Shown: positions 46,969 through 62,938 of the stretch, piece after piece | Position numbering within the stretch: the stretch's first letter is position 1 | Layout of the letters: each line of letters begins with the position of its first letter | Assembly (NCBI RefSeq): GCF_009914755.1 | Contig: NC_060945.1 | Origin: the human T2T-CHM13v2.0 reference genome, Homo sapiens | Length of the DNA stretch: 64,000 nucleotides | Strand: one strand, 5' to 3' | Notes under the pieces: model-generated | The model's input: only the letters and a program-made list of their open reading frames with translations | Told to the model about the DNA's origin: nothing | The model's database searches: none | Position numbers and translations under genes: made by a program

Positions 46969-47329
46969 TGTTACCGGCTGAAATGTGTCCCCACAAAATT
47001 CATGTGTTGAATTTCTAATCCCCAGTAGCTCAGAATGTGACTGTGTTTGGAGATAGGGTCTTTAAAGGGGTATTTAAGGTAAAACGAAGTCATATGGGTG
47101 GGTCCTGTTCCAATCTGACTGGTGTCCTTACAAAAAGAAGAGATGAGGATGCAGGAACATGTAGAGGGGTGGGCCTATAAAGACACACAGAGAATGGCCT
47201 CAGGAGAGTCCAGCTTTGCTGACACCTTGGTCTCAGAAATCCAGCTTCCAGGTTTGTGAGAAAATAAATTTCTGTTGTTGAAGCCACTAGTCTGAAGTAC
47301 TTTGTTATGGGACCCTAGCAGACTAGTAC
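46969..47329 (+). mobile_element. MLT1A/B LTR
   Basis: tgtgtccccacaaaattcatgtgttg...tttggagatagggtctttaaag...aataaatttctgttg. Confidence 0.85.
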
Positions 47330-47452
47330 TTGAATTGTTTATGTACACTAAATATGGTATAATACTAGAATATTTCTGTGGCCATATTTCAGGCGATTGA
47401 TGTAGTTAAATTCTACAAAATCAAAACAAGATGTTTAACATGTATCTCTTGA

Positions 47453-47774
<322 letters not shown>

Positions 47775-47886
47775 CATTTTGTACATTTTAAATTTTATCA
47801 TGTGTTTACTTTCCAACATATAGAACGGCAGAACATCAGATTAGTAAATAGCATTCATTACTGCAATCACTCTTCCAATGTACATA

Positions 47887-48120
47887 CAATTGACTCTCTG
47901 AACAATGCGGATTTCAAGTACACAAGTCCACTTAGACACAGATTTGTTTTCAACCACACGTAGCTTGATAATGCAGTATTTGAGGGATGGAAAACTGAAG
48001 TATACAACCTTTTTTTATATGCAGGTTATATAGGGCTGACTTCTGAACTTGAGTATGCCTGGATTTTGGTATACTTGGGGGTCCCGAAACCAATCCCCCA
48101 CACATACAGAGAGATGAATG
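47887..48120 (-). mobile_element. MER8-like Tigger (TcMar) MITE
   Basis: ta|caattgactctctgaacaa...ggattttggtatac...ccaatcccc...|ta; ~235 bp, TA target. Confidence 0.75.
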
Positions 48121-48321
48121 TACTAAGCTCACGCTGTGAGCTAATTAACTTTTCTTTGCATTTCCATAGAAACCACCCCAACCCAGGCCATTATTGCTTC
48201 TCAACAGACCTCAGCTATGTCCTACTTACATTCTGTAGCCAAACTGCACTAGGTTTCATCATTAAATGGTCAAGCTACTGCATCTTCTTCCCATTTTCCT
48301 CTACTTTAAATACCTTCTCTT

Positions 48322-48735
<414 letters not shown>

Positions 48736-48903
48736 CTAACCAACTGACCATAAGTGGCCTCTGCCTTTCTTAACTTCTATTTTACTTTGAATCGGTAATG
48801 GGCTTTCATTTTAATTATTAGCCTAAGCATCTTAGTTTTCATCCTAAATTACAAACTTCTCACAGAAAGGAAGTGTGGCTTGTGAGTTTTAAAATTACCT
48901 CCT

Positions 48904-49221
48904 GGTTGGGCGCAGTGGCTCAAGCCTGAAATCCCAGCATGTTGGGAGGCCGAGGCGGGAGAATCGCTTGAGCCCAGAAGTTTGAGACTAGTCTGGGCAA
49001 TGCGGTGAAGTCCCATCTCTACAAAGAATGCAAAAAATTAGCCAGGGCATGGTGGCATGCACCTGTAGACTCAGCTACTCGGGAAGCTGAAGTGGAAGGA
49101 TCATTTGAGTACAGGAGGTTGAGGTTGCAGGGAGGCATGATCACACCACTGCACTCCAGCCTGGTCCATAGAGTGAGACCCTGTCTAAAAAATAAATAAA
49201 TATAAAATAAATAAAAAAAAA
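48904..49221 (+). mobile_element. AluJ
   Basis: gcttgagcccag, ggatcatttgag, gaccctgtct are J features. Confidence 0.9.
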
Positions 49222-50594
49222 TCACTTTCTGCTTTGTACATAGATGGGATTCAGTCTGTACTTATTAAATAAATAAGTGTCATATTAAGAATTGCTTCTC
49301 CGTAATGCAAGTGACCTTCCACTTATTTTTGTATGGTAAATTTTAGTTGAGAATTCAGGTGGGTCACACTTTAACATGACTGCCCTGAGGCGGATCACAT
49401 AGGGATTACATCATCTACCTTCATGAAACATAGGAGGGAAATTCAGATTATGGAGCTTATGTCCTGAACCTGCCAGGGGAGGTTGCTGGTGGTATTTATT
49501 GGTATTTTTCTTCATCCTTGAGACAAACAATGCAACCAAATTCTTTACAGAAAAGAGAGAAGGGAGAGTGTAAAAGTGGACATTGGATAACACCTAATTC
49601 AATAACAACATTCCGAAGAAGGAGTCAGACATTGCTGAGACTGTTACATAGCAGCATTAGCAGGTTACAGTTCTCACTCCAGGAAGGTAATTTACCCTAA
49701 GGCTGGCACTGATTTACAATAGATGAGGTGCGGGCACAGCTCTTCAGTGTTGACCAGCACTGGCACATGGGATTGCAGCAATAACCTGTGTAACACAGAC
49801 AGCAATACCAAACCGTGCACTTGGAAGCCAGGGATGGGGAGAAATTGATGTGGAATGTGTAGCTTTAAACCTGCTACTATCTGCATGTGTGTGTACGTGT
49901 GTGTGCGTGTGTGTGTGTGCATGCATACATGTATGTGTGTCAAAAATAGCAAGAAACCACTAAAAGGCCTCAGTTCCACTTTTGGAGAAAAGCCATTCTT
50001 TAAAAGGACTTTAATTGGGAAAGTAATATCTGCTGCGGGTGACACAGGAAAGGCATCTGTGGAGTCACGTGACACATAAAGAGGAAAAGGCCCACACCTC
50101 TCAAAAATCACTGCAAAGAATCCCGAGCAATGGAGTGGACAGCACCAGTGTGGTGGAACTCTTGGAAGACGCTTTCAACTTGTCACATGTAAAACTGCAT
50201 TAAAATGTCTTTCATATGTCCATGAGCACTGCATTGTTGAAGGCAAATGACTGTGATGCTTTAAGGATGCCCAATTTGAAGAATCCATTGCTTCCTAAAG
50301 AACTCTGGGGAGCATAGCTCAAAGTAGCCTAAAAAATCGCATTCTTCTCTTTCTTCACATACAGACCTTTAAAAAATTGGAAAGGTCAAATTTGCTTCTG
50401 TATATAATCTAATAGGTATGCAATATTTTTGGAGAAAAGAAAATATTTTAAAAGAAAATTTTCTTTTAAAACAAATTTATAAAATAACTCATCTTTTATT
50501 ATTTTATTTATAAATATATACAAAAATATATAAATATTTTTATATATTTATAACTATTTATTATTCATTTTATTAGAGAATATACAAAAACATG

Positions 50595-50952
50595 TGATAT
50601 GGTTCTGCTCTGTGTCCCCACCCAAATCTCACCTTGAATTGTAATAATCCCCATGTGTTATGGGAGAAACCCAGTGGGAGGTAATTGAATCATGGGGGCG
50701 GTTTCCCCTATACTGTTCTCATGGTGGTGAATAAGTCTTACAAGATCTCATGGTTTTATAAGGGGTTACCCCTTTCGTTAGGCTCTGATTCTTTCTTGTC
50801 TGCTGCCGTGTAAGGCGTGCCTTTCACCTTCCACCATGATTGTGAGGCCTCCCCAGCCACATGGAACTATGAGTCTATTAAACCTCTTTTTTCTTATAAA
50901 CTACCCAGTCTCAGGTATGTCTTTATCAGCAGTGTGAAAACGGACTAATACA
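50595..50952 (+). mobile_element. THE1 (C-like) solo LTR
   Basis: tgatatggtt...gtgtccccacccaaatctc...gaaaacggactaataca; TSD acatg/acgtg. Confidence 0.92.
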
Positions 50953-51019
50953 ACGTGCTTTGGGTTAACATACAGAAACAAGTCAACATTTATTAGAATC
51001 TCCTTTGCACAAATATATT

Positions 51020-51379
51020 TGCAATGGGCCGAATATCTGTGCCTCCCCAAAGTTCATTGTTGATATCCTAACCCCCAATGTGATGTTATTCAGAGATGGA
51101 GCCTTTGGGAGGTGATTAATTCATGGAAGCCCTCAGGAATGGGATTAGTACCCTGATAGAATTGACTCCAGAGAGTGCTCTTGTTTCCTTTCCACTGTGA
51201 GAAAATACAGGGAGGAGATGACCATCTACGAACCAGGAAGCAGGCCCTAACCAGATGCCGAACCTTCTGCTGCTTTAATGTTAGACTTTCAGCCTCCAGT
51301 ACTGTGGGGGGAGAATGTTGGTTTTTGAGAAGCACACAGGTGTGACATTCTGTTATAGTAGCCCAAGTGAACTGAGACA
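51020..51379 (+). mobile_element. MLT1A0-like LTR
   Basis: cctaacccccaatgtgatg...cctttgggaggtgatta...gaaccaggaagcaggccct...ctgagaca. Confidence 0.85.
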
Positions 51380-52129
51380 ATATTCATTCTAAACAAAGCT
51401 GAATTATGGCCTATTTTATTCATTTGATTTTTTATATCCATTTAAAATATACCATTTAGTCTTCTAATTCATAAAGTCTAAATGCACAGAAAGATAACTT
51501 CCAAGTCAACTCGATGATTCTGCACTAAAAGCTTTTTAGAAGTAGAGACCAATACAAATAAAATGGAAATAAATTTAGATGTGGGCAAAACAATTTGCAT
51601 TGAGCCACAAACATAAACTATCTTTGGTGAGATTTAAAGCTATGAACCTGCACCACACTGATGAGCAAATCTGTGAGAAATCTCATTTGAGGACCTCCTC
51701 AGTTGATTGTCTATTATCCTCCAGGAGCTGTGATAACACTAATAAGAAAATACTCCCTTGTAGAGAGCTTCAGGAGCTGTAAGAGAAGTTATTCAATCCA
51801 TCCTTGTACCCTTCCTTGAGCTCACTGTGGAATTACTCTGATGGAAAACTGCCTTTGTGGTCCCACCATGGAAAAGGTGCTCCTGAAGTTTCCTAAAATA
51901 AGGGCAGGAAGGCCTCACTGGCCAATACACTTATCAGGAGAATAGCAGTACAGACTTTTAACAAAAAATAGAGAGTACTTTCAATAAATAAAGCATAAAA
52001 GTAAGGCTTTCGTATGCTGCCTAAATCCTAATCTTGTACACATCTTTCAGTTACCACGGTATGGCTTCCCGCCAACCTCTGGGATGTGGCATGTAATGGG
52101 ACTCCCAGGATGAAAAGACTCGGTGTCCT

Positions 52130-52300
52130 GTCGTTCATTCATTCATTTATTCATTCATTCAGTCATTTAATATGTATGTATCTGTCTATGCTATGCCAAG
52201 AAAAGCCATGGGCATTGGGATAGAGCAGTGAGGAAACCAACACATCTGCCTCCTCAGAGAATTTACAGTCCAGAAGGGTAGAGACAGACCCACATAAAAT
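52130..52300 (-). mobile_element. L2 3' end
   Basis: (ttca)n followed by ctatgccaag...gggatagagcagtga. Confidence 0.6.
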
Positions 52301-52399
52301 GGTAGACTACTAGTTTCTTTCCTTTCCACATACTCCTATCATCGTTTTCCATTGAGATGGTATTTTTTCCCTAATGCTGATATGCAATTATCTCATCTA

Positions 52400-52828
<429 letters not shown>

Positions 52829-52854
52829 TCAGACATGCAGGTACCATAGTCACG

Positions 52855-53025
52855 GGCTCCCAGTCCTTGCTACCTATAATGAGGTCCACGAACCAGCAGC
52901 ATCAGCAGCACACGGGAGCTTTTTAGAAACAGTCTTGAGCCCACCTGGACCTAATCAATCAGAATCTTCAGTTTAACGAGACACCCAGGAGACTTGAAGG
53001 GACACTGAATTTTGAGAAGTAGTGC
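52855..53025. mobile_element. MER5A-like
   Basis: gaaccagcagcatcagca...aatcagaatct...tttgagaagtagtg. Confidence 0.6.
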
Positions 53026-53214
53026 ACTTAGATGTTTTCTCAAAAGGTGCTGCAGGGGACATGGCATCTTCATGCTAAGTGAAAAAGCCAAACCTTTGGT
53101 CAAATAGAGTGAGAAACTGCTGGTTAAGGCAAGTCAGTGACTTCTTCACCTTGGGATTCGTCAGAGTTCCTTATGTCTATTTTAAATACCCAAGAGAAAG
53201 AAACCAATACTAAT

Positions 53215-53465
53215 CATAATAATGGTCGTAATCACTAATATTTATAGTTTAGTTACTATAGGCTACCACTAAAATTGCTTAAATATGATATGGATATGGA
53301 ATCCTGTTTAATCATCAGTCAGTCCCCAAAATTTGGTGTTATTATTCTTATTTTTCATATTACAAATCTGAAAATCAGAGAGGCTAAGTTACTTTCCCAG
53401 GATGACACAGTTTGCAAACTTGCCAACTGGGAACCCAGCCCTGCCTGATTCCAAAGCCCAAGGGC
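53215..53465 (-). mobile_element. MIR
   Basis: attattcttatttt...tcagagaggctaagttactttcccaggatgacacag...tgattccaaagccc. Confidence 0.65.
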
Positions 53466-55981
53466 TCGATTTGAAACGTATGGCAATTTTCTAAATACAT
53501 TGAATCATTGAACATGGACACAGCTTTTTTCTATTTTGCAAAGACCACCTAGGACTAGTCCATGAAATACAGGCTGGGAAAGTATTTCACAGAAACACAT
53601 TTGCCACCATGTGGCAGGTCCCTACTCAGGGGCAGAAACACCCTCAAAAGTGATGTCAATCTTAAATGTGCGGGCTTGCATACTAGCCACTCAGAAGAGC
53701 ACAAAACAATTTAAGGTTTTTTCCCAGACCTGAGATATCAATTACATCTTGCTGAATGATGTGTCCTAACTGGCATGCCACTATCAGATTTAACATAAAA
53801 ATCACATGTGGCCTAGTCTAGACACACTGGACTTCTGTAATCTCTTCTCATTGTCACTAAACCGCTGGTACAAATGAATCTACCACTTCCTCATATCAGG
53901 CCCCTGACTTAATGTCTCACCCCATTTCTCAAGAAAAGATGCACGTCCCTCATAATGTCAAAACGATTGGGTTATCTTGCATTGTTTACAATTGAACAGT
54001 GGTTCATCTTAGCAGTCATGGTTTATTTATACTCACTTTTATTCATCCATTCCACTCATATATATTGAGTTCCTACTTTGTGCTAAGAAGCAGTTCGGTG
54101 TAATACCAGGCCCTTCACTTTTACAATCATGAAGTCAATTAATTATAAGCTCAACCCATAATTAATATACTCTTAGTAACGGCAACCATTATAAGTACAT
54201 TCTGATACAACATTCTATCCATGTATAAACTTAAGAGAGTATAAGGATCAGAATTCGAGGTCGGACCCACAAAATACAGGGGAAAAAATGACACTATGAC
54301 ATTAATCTTCTCCACTCCTCCCCCAATTGTATACTGAGGAAATGAGTTCAAATAATCATTAATAGCAAACCTGAAGTAGTAAAAGAGACCACAGAAAAAC
54401 AGACACTATGATAGATAAAGAGGATTGAAGGCATCTGCTGGGTGTCAAAGTTTGCCCCAGGTTAAGGATGTTTCTCTGACCTACAAAAAGCTTGGACTGT
54501 CTGTGGAACATCCAAGCAAATCAACACCAGAATAAAACATGCTGTCCACTTTCCTCGCCCTCTTCCAAGAATTACTTCATTATTCCCAATAAACTAAATG
54601 CATTTAGTTCTGAAATGAATGCATGTTATTCAATAAGAAAACATTATGACTCAAGTAGACCTACACTTCTTTTCTGAAACTAGATTTCTGTGCTCTGAAT
54701 AAAAATGAACAATTCATCAGCACACATTTCTTCTTAATCTAAAAGGACAACATTATGCAAATTCAGGCCATGGGGGTGTGACCCTGTCTATCCTTACTTG
54801 TTTTGTTTGTAAGTAAATTTGGTTCCCCTTTGTGTTAAAGTGTAACTTTTTTTTAATGAGAAAAATAACTTTTGTTTTATACCTTCACTAGAGGAAGTAC
54901 TGTATCTCAGCCATCCCAGTCACAATGGGAACATAAGCATGGCCTCCTCAGTAGAAACTCATGCATCTCTTATCCATATAGGTCCCTTTCTTCCATCTGC
55001 TTTTTATTTGGAAGCACTCATTCTTATCTCCAACTTCCCCGGCCTCAAGGTAGTAATGTTAGGTAACTTGCAGTGATAGCTACTTTTGACCACTTTCTCC
55101 AAGTTCCAGCATCCTGTAAATTCATCCATTTAGGCCCACACAATATGTCTACCTCCCTAGAGAATGTTCCATGTGAACTTCTTTTAAAATATCATACTCT
55201 CTTTTCTGTAAAAGCATATGGAAGGGATTCTGTGACGATTTAAAACTAAAGCCACAATGCAACTTCTAACTTAAACCAGATTATTGCAAGGACAGCAATA
55301 ATCAATCACAAAGATTAATTTAACAGTTGACCTTTTTATACTGTTTTATGGATTTCAGCAACCATATAGCACCACAATTTAGAGGTAGCCTTAAAAGAAC
55401 TGTTTTCTGCTTAGCAATCAGAATCTAATTTTAGAATTCCTACTAGAAAAAAATATGAGTATTTTTATCTCATTGCCTGGCGCATAGTCGGTATTCATTA
55501 TGCTTGGAAAAAAGTATTACTAGGGGTCTGTGAAAAGCATTTTGCTACAAACGCTTCATCTTATCCTTTGGGAGAATCAGAATATTGCATACTCACCTGT
55601 TGGAAGGGTGCCGATAGAGCAGAGTTTGATAACACCAAGAAGACAGAGAATGAAACCAGGGAAACACTAAGACCTTCAGGACGACGAGGAAAGATAGCTG
55701 ATAGCCGGAAGAAGACAATCAAGATTAAAAAAAAAAAAAATCACACTTTCAGAGAATAACTTAAATTTTAATCTTTTGGCTCCAAAGAAAAAGTGACGGC
55801 CATGGAATAATTTTCTGATTTGGCCAGTAAATCAGGCTTAACACCTGCTCTAGAACCTAAGCATGCTGGATATGACAATGAGACATTTCTGTAGCTGAGC
55901 AGCTTTGTAAATAATTGGGACAAAATTCTATAATCATAGCAGCTGCTTCATTATGTCCTGATAAGCTGCCTAGGTAATTAA

Positions 55982-56312
<331 letters not shown>

Positions 56313-56526
56313 TCTGCTGTATTTCTTAAAGTTAGATGTTCATTCTCAGCCTCACAGGACAGAATTCTACCGTTAGGAGTCATGAAATCAGTGGTGGGAA
56401 GCTTGACCACACAAAGTCTATATGGCTCTGATTGGTGGCTTTGCCAATTTAGCGGAAATAGGTCTTGTTTGTATTTCCTAACTAGGGCTGAGTCTTCTCT
56501 TTGAGGCTCAGTACAGAAACGGATGA

Positions 56527-56883
<357 letters not shown>

Positions 56884-57333
56884 TAGCTTTTTCTTACTGG
56901 CCCTGATTAGAGTTTACTTTATCTTACCCTTAATAGAACCTATACTAGTTCTGACAGCTCGTTTTGCCCTCTGCAATGAAATTGCTTTGAGAATTCACCA
57001 TCCTTCATGGGCTTGAAATTTAAAGAACACTCTATGGGATGAAGTTGTATAAATGATTGGTTGATTGACTTGTGGAGGGAGTAATTGTGTGTTATGAGGG
57101 TGTGTGTGCACATGTGATTGTGAGTGTGCATGCAAGCCTGAGAATGTTGTCTCTAGTGTAACACAGCATCACAGATGTTTGGGATGCTATAGCATACAGC
57201 ACAAAAAATAAATAAGAATTTGTAACATGTTCTAGGAAGCACATAACAAGTAAATAGTAAGTATTCCACTCAGATTTGTTATTCCACCCAGAATGCACAG
57301 TTGATGCTTCATAAAACAGGGAAAAGGTCTTCA

Positions 57334-57642
<309 letters not shown>

Positions 57643-57830
57643 TATGCTTAGTACTGACTGGCTGCTGAAGCAAAAGCCTCTCCAAGCCATCACGTGGACA
57701 CGGCTGGATGGCAGGTTGTGTTTATGTCTATCTTCCAAGAAGCTCTAATAAAGCGTGCAACACTGACAATATCCGCTTACGTTGGCTTAGTATTGCTATT
57801 TATATTGTAAATAGAATAATGAAATTTTAA

Positions 57831-58122
57831 GGCCAGGCGCAGTGGTTCACGCCTGTAATCCCAGCACTTTGGGAGGCTGAGGCGGGCGGATCACGAGGTC
57901 AGGAGATCGAGACCATCCTGGCTAACACGGTGAAACCCCGTCTGTACTAAAAATACAAAAAAATTAGCCGGGCGTGCTGGCGGGCGCCTGTAGTCCCAGC
58001 TACTCGGGAGGCTGAGGCGGGAATGGCGTGAACCCAGGAGGTGGAGCTTGCAGTGAGCCGAGATTGCGCCACTGCACTCCAGCCTGGGCGACAGAGAGAG
58101 ACACCGTCTCAAAAAAACAAAA
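57831..58122 (+). mobile_element. AluY
   Basis: CpG-rich, Y diagnostics; 18-bp TSD agaataatgaaattttaa. Confidence 0.97.
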
Positions 58123-58378
58123 AGAATAATGAAATTTTAAAAGATGTCATTATAGTTCTTGGAGTCGAGACACAGTAAAATGCTTTCTTGCCCTATTCCT
58201 AAGAGGCTTCATAATTGTTGGAGCTATAAATCAAAGTGACTCTCCTCACATTGTCTTCATCCCAACCTTAGGGACTCAGGCCGTGAAGCTCAGCACTGCA
58301 GTCCATTTCCCCACAGCTCACTGAATGTAGATTGACTTGGGGAGTGCTGCTTCCTCACGATTTCAGGACTAGAGATGG

Positions 58379-59047
58379 TGTCTTAGTTGGTCTGGGCTGC
58401 CATAGTGAAAGACCACAGACTCTGGATCTTAGCAACAGAAATTTGCTTCTCACAGTTCTGGAGGCTAGAAGTTAGAGATCATGGTGTTTGGAGGTAGGTT
58501 TTTTCCTGAGGTTTATATATGGTCGTCTTCCTCCGCACGTCTTCACATGGCCATCCCTCTTTGTGTCCCGGTGTCCTAATCTCTTCTTCTTCTTCTTTTT
58601 TTTTTTTTTTTTTTTTTTGAGACAGAGTCTCACTGTTGCCCGGGCTGGAGTGCAGTGGCGCCATCTTGGCTCACTGCAACCTCAACTTCCTGGGTTCAAG
58701 CAATTCTCCTGCCTCAGCCTCCTGAGTACGTGGGACTATAGGCATGCGCCACCACGCCTGGCTAATTTTTTGTATTTTTAGTAGAGATGGGGTTTCACCA
58801 TGTTGGCCAGGCTGATCTTGAACTCCTAACCTCAGGTGATCCACCTGCCTCGGAATTACAGGCATGAGCCACCGTGCCCGGCCATCTCCTCTTCTTAAAT
58901 ACCAGTCTTACATGGAATTAGGGGCCACCCCAATATCCCCATTTTAACTTAGACACCTCTTTAAAGATCCTATCTCCAAATACAGTGACATTAGGAGTTT
59001 ACAGCTTCAGCATATGAATTCTGGAGGAACATGATTCAGTCCATAAA
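58379..59047 (-). mobile_element. MLT1B-like LTR split by an Alu
   Basis: gtcttagtt...ggctgccata...tctccaaatacagt...attcagtccata. Confidence 0.85.
58592..58883 (-). mobile_element. AluSx-like
   Basis: TSD atctc(t/c)tcttctt. Confidence 0.95.
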
Positions 59048-59944
59048 AGAGAGATAAACGGATATGTGACTGAGAATGAGGAAAGACAGAATTCTGCCAT
59101 CAGGAATCACAAAGTCAGGGGTCTTCAGATGTCACTGGGATAAAGAGAATGGGGCAGTATGGAAGCCTATGATACCTGGAGAGGAGGGGACCCACATAGG
59201 GCCAGAATAAAGAAATAAAACTCCTTCTGGCCAAGCAAGACATCTGTGGGCTGAGACCATCCGTTTTCTACCCCTGCTGTAGAGTTTCTGACAGCTCTGA
59301 ATGTTAATTGAAAGCTGCCTGGACTGGCATTTGTGGCCCAGCTGGTGTTTTCTTATTTTGTGTTTGCTTTTTGATGGATGATGAGTGTTCAGTTTGTTAT
59401 GAGATTCTGGGGAGGAGGGGAGCTGATTCTCAGGCCATATTTAGTTCTTAGATGTATATTTAGGTCCAAAAGGTAAAATACATAGGCCACATAATTTCCT
59501 GAGACATTTGCTTTTTTTCTATACATAATAGAAAGAACTCATTTCTGCAGACTGAACTAAAACATAAGGTGATAGATGTTTGCACGTAGTTAAGAAATCA
59601 GGCAAATTGTTCATGTGCCAGATAAAATGTTATTGAACTCTTAGTCCTTCAGCTGCTGGGACAGATGGGCAGTAGGTTTCATACCACGTGCCAAGAAGTG
59701 GCTGGCTGGAGGCCTGTGATGGGAGGGATTCTGAGGTTTAGACTGGACATACAAAAGATCATGATCTCATTAATTGGCCATATCTGCCAAGAATGCGGAG
59801 AGAGGGTTTGCAGCATTAGAACATGATGGCACAGGAATCAAAGCAACTTTCCAGGATACTCTTGTCTTGGGTAAGGTCCATTGTGACTTCAGATACATAA
59901 ATCCCTTGCTTTTTAGGTACAAAAAATATGAAATTGTTCTGGTG

Positions 59945-60250
59945 TTTTATTTTATTATTATTATTTTTTGAGACGGGGTCTCACTCTGTCCCCAGGCTAG
60001 AGTGCAGTGGTGTGATCTCGGCTCACTGAAGCCTCTGCCTCTTGGGTTCCAATGATTCTTCTGCCTCAGCCTCCCGGGTAGCTGGGACTACAGACGCACG
60101 CCACCATGGCTGGCTAATTTTCGTATTTTTAGTAGAGACGGGGTTCCACCATGTTGACCCCGCTGGTCTCAATCTCCTGACCTCAGGTGATTCACCTGCC
60201 TCGGCCTCCCAAAGTGCTGGGATTACAGGCATGAGCCACGATGCCTGGAC
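59945..60250 (-). mobile_element. AluSx-like
   Basis: antisense full Alu. Confidence 0.95.
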
Positions 60251-60981
60251 TGTTCTACCATTTTTTATAGGCCCAACAAACTCAAAGAGAGAATGAAGCA
60301 TTTTGTCTGGCTTAGACAAAAAATCATGTGAAATATAAGAAGCACAAAAACCTACTCTACGGTTTTAATATGAAATCCAGAGAGACAAATGCTTATTAGT
60401 TTTGTTGTTTGTGGGGTTGGTGGTTAGTATTTTGCGTTTCTGATTTTTTAAAAAATTTTCTCTATAATAAGCTTACTGATTTTTCCTCTTAAAAAGCAAT
60501 GTTCTGTGGGAAAAGGCCAACCTTCCTTGGCACTGCCTTCTTTTTCTAGAGATTATTAATTTCTTTTTAATAGAGCTCATACTGCAAAATCAAATTTTTA
60601 TATCGCAAAGGGATTTACATTTATCTTGAGCTGCACACTCTTCGTCTATCAAATTGAGTTTAAGTTTCTAATTGAAACAATTTTTCAAGTGTTAAGCAAT
60701 AAAGAAGCAATAAGTGATATATTTAAATTATTTATTCATCTTATTTATAATTAATTCATTTTTTTCCTTGCTGCACAGTGAGGCTAACCTGATGCATTTG
60801 ATTTTTCAAATCTTTTCTATCATTTGGCAACAATAGAAGTGGCTGCTTTTTCCATCCCACTTGTGTTTCATTGGTCTTTGGGGACTCAGGCAACATCAGT
60901 TTAAATCACAGTTAAACTTAACACAGCAACTTTGTTTTGCGATATACTGCACCAAAAACAAGTGTGTTATGAGTAAAGCAC

Positions 60982-61669
60982 GCCTGTTCTTAGTCAAATT
61001 GGAAAAAAAAAAAAAAAAGTACCTCTTAGTAAAGTGAACCATTGCATCAACAAGGATCTCAACCTTCAGCATTTAATGACTACTTATCCCTTGGTCTATA
61101 CTCCTTCTACACAATAAGATTGATAGGCCTTTAACATGCACTGTGTCATGGATCATCAACTAGTTGACCTGGATAGCTGGTCTGCAAATTATTTGAACCC
61201 CTTTTTCCAATATCTCTGTCTTGTTATACTATTCACAACACAATCTCTCGGCTCCAGTTGAATGCATTACCTCCTCCATCACATAAACTTATTGCCTGTC
61301 CAAAATTGCCTGGACTGATAATCTTCAGGCCTGTTCTTAGTCAAATTGAAAAAAAAAAAGTACCTCTTAGTAAAGTGAACAATTGCATCAACAAGGATCT
61401 CAACCTTCAGCATTTAATGACTACGTATCCCTTGGTCTATACTCCTTCTACACAATAAGATTGATAGGCCTTTAACATGCACTGTGTCATGGATCATCAG
61501 CTAGTTGACCTGGATAGCTGGTCTGCAAATTATTTGAACCCCTTTTTCCAACATCTGTGTCTTGTTATACTATTCACAACGCAAACTCTCGGCCCCAGTT
61601 GAATGCACTACCTCCTCCATCACATAAACTTATTGCCTGTCCACAATTGCCTGGACTGATAATCTTCAG
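60982..61669. repeat. tandem duplication of apparently unique DNA (347 + 341 bp)
   Basis: units 60982-61328 and 61329-61669; about 10 substitutions plus a poly(A) length difference. Confidence 0.97.
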
Positions 61670-62559
61670 AGCTATGCAGCCACTGGATATTTTCCTCTCA
61701 CACAAACACATCTATCCCATTCACTACACCATGCTCTGGCTCACAGCCCTATAATCTCACTCCACCAAGTGCCCAATGGCAGAGGCTCCAACAACTTACA
61801 TATACTACCCACAATTTTTTTTTTTTCGAAATCCAAGGTCATATTCCTGGACTGTTCACAAGCTATAGTGATTCCCCTTGGCTAACTAAATATGCTCAAG
61901 CTCCCCAGACTCCTATTTATTTAGGCTGGATTTCACCTTTGCACCCTCATCCAGCACTGCCTGGCAATTAGATAACAGTGAATGAGGGCGTCTATGAAGA
62001 GTGTACTCACAAACTTTCATTAAATAGTAACCACACTTTATATGAATCTTTGCTCCTCACACAACAGCTGACTTTCACTGGATGCTCAGTACACATCTGT
62101 AGAACAAACGACCCAAGAACAGGCCATAAAACAAATTCAGAGAATAATCAGGGGAAATCTAGTGATCTGAAACTCAAGTCAAAAACTCAGAAAATATGAT
62201 GGCCAGGAAGAAGTCAATCGTTGTCTAAAATTATTTGGAAATAACTGATTGTGTAGTAATCCAGTTTTCTTTAACTGCAGATGCCTCAGATGATCTGATT
62301 GTTTGGTATTTAGTGGGCCTCAGTATGTTTCATGTATCATGAAAGGCAGGGAGAGGGACTTTTCTCAACCTCAAGGGTACAGCAACTGTGCAGTGAGGAC
62401 TAGGGTGAAGTATGAGAACAAAAACAAAAGCAATTATAATTACAGGCATTTATTGAGCTTCTCCTAAGTGTCATGTAGGTACAATGTACTATCCATTTTA
62501 GCTTATTCAATCCTCAAAACAATCCTGTGAAAATAACAAGAGTACATAGCTACTAAGTC

Positions 62560-62938
62560 ACAATGGAAAAGTGTGTTCTTGTCCCAACTCTTCACTCCCT
62601 TTCCTGCAGGAGGCCATATGTCTATACACGCTGTGTGCAGAAGGAGTCTACTTCCCTGCTTCATTGACATCAGGCTTGGCCATGTTCCTGACTCAGGCCA
62701 ATAGCATGTGAGTGGACATGACATCGGCAAATCCGAGCAGAAGTTTTAGTCATTGTAGGTTCCCAAAAGATGAGGGTAAAATGGCATGTCCCAGAGAAGG
62801 CTGTCTTTAAAGTGGTTCCCAGAATTTGCACACTTGTGGCCAACAGTCAGTCCAACACGTAATGTGAGCACAAAATAAATCTTTGTTGTCATTGATCACA
62901 GAGACTATAGGGGTGACTGGCACTACACAAAGCTTAGC
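62560..62938 (+). mobile_element. old MLT1 (I/J-like) LTR within a MIR
   Basis: ggcttggccatg...ggccaatagcatgtgagtgga...aatgtgagc...aaataaatctttgttg. Confidence 0.65.
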
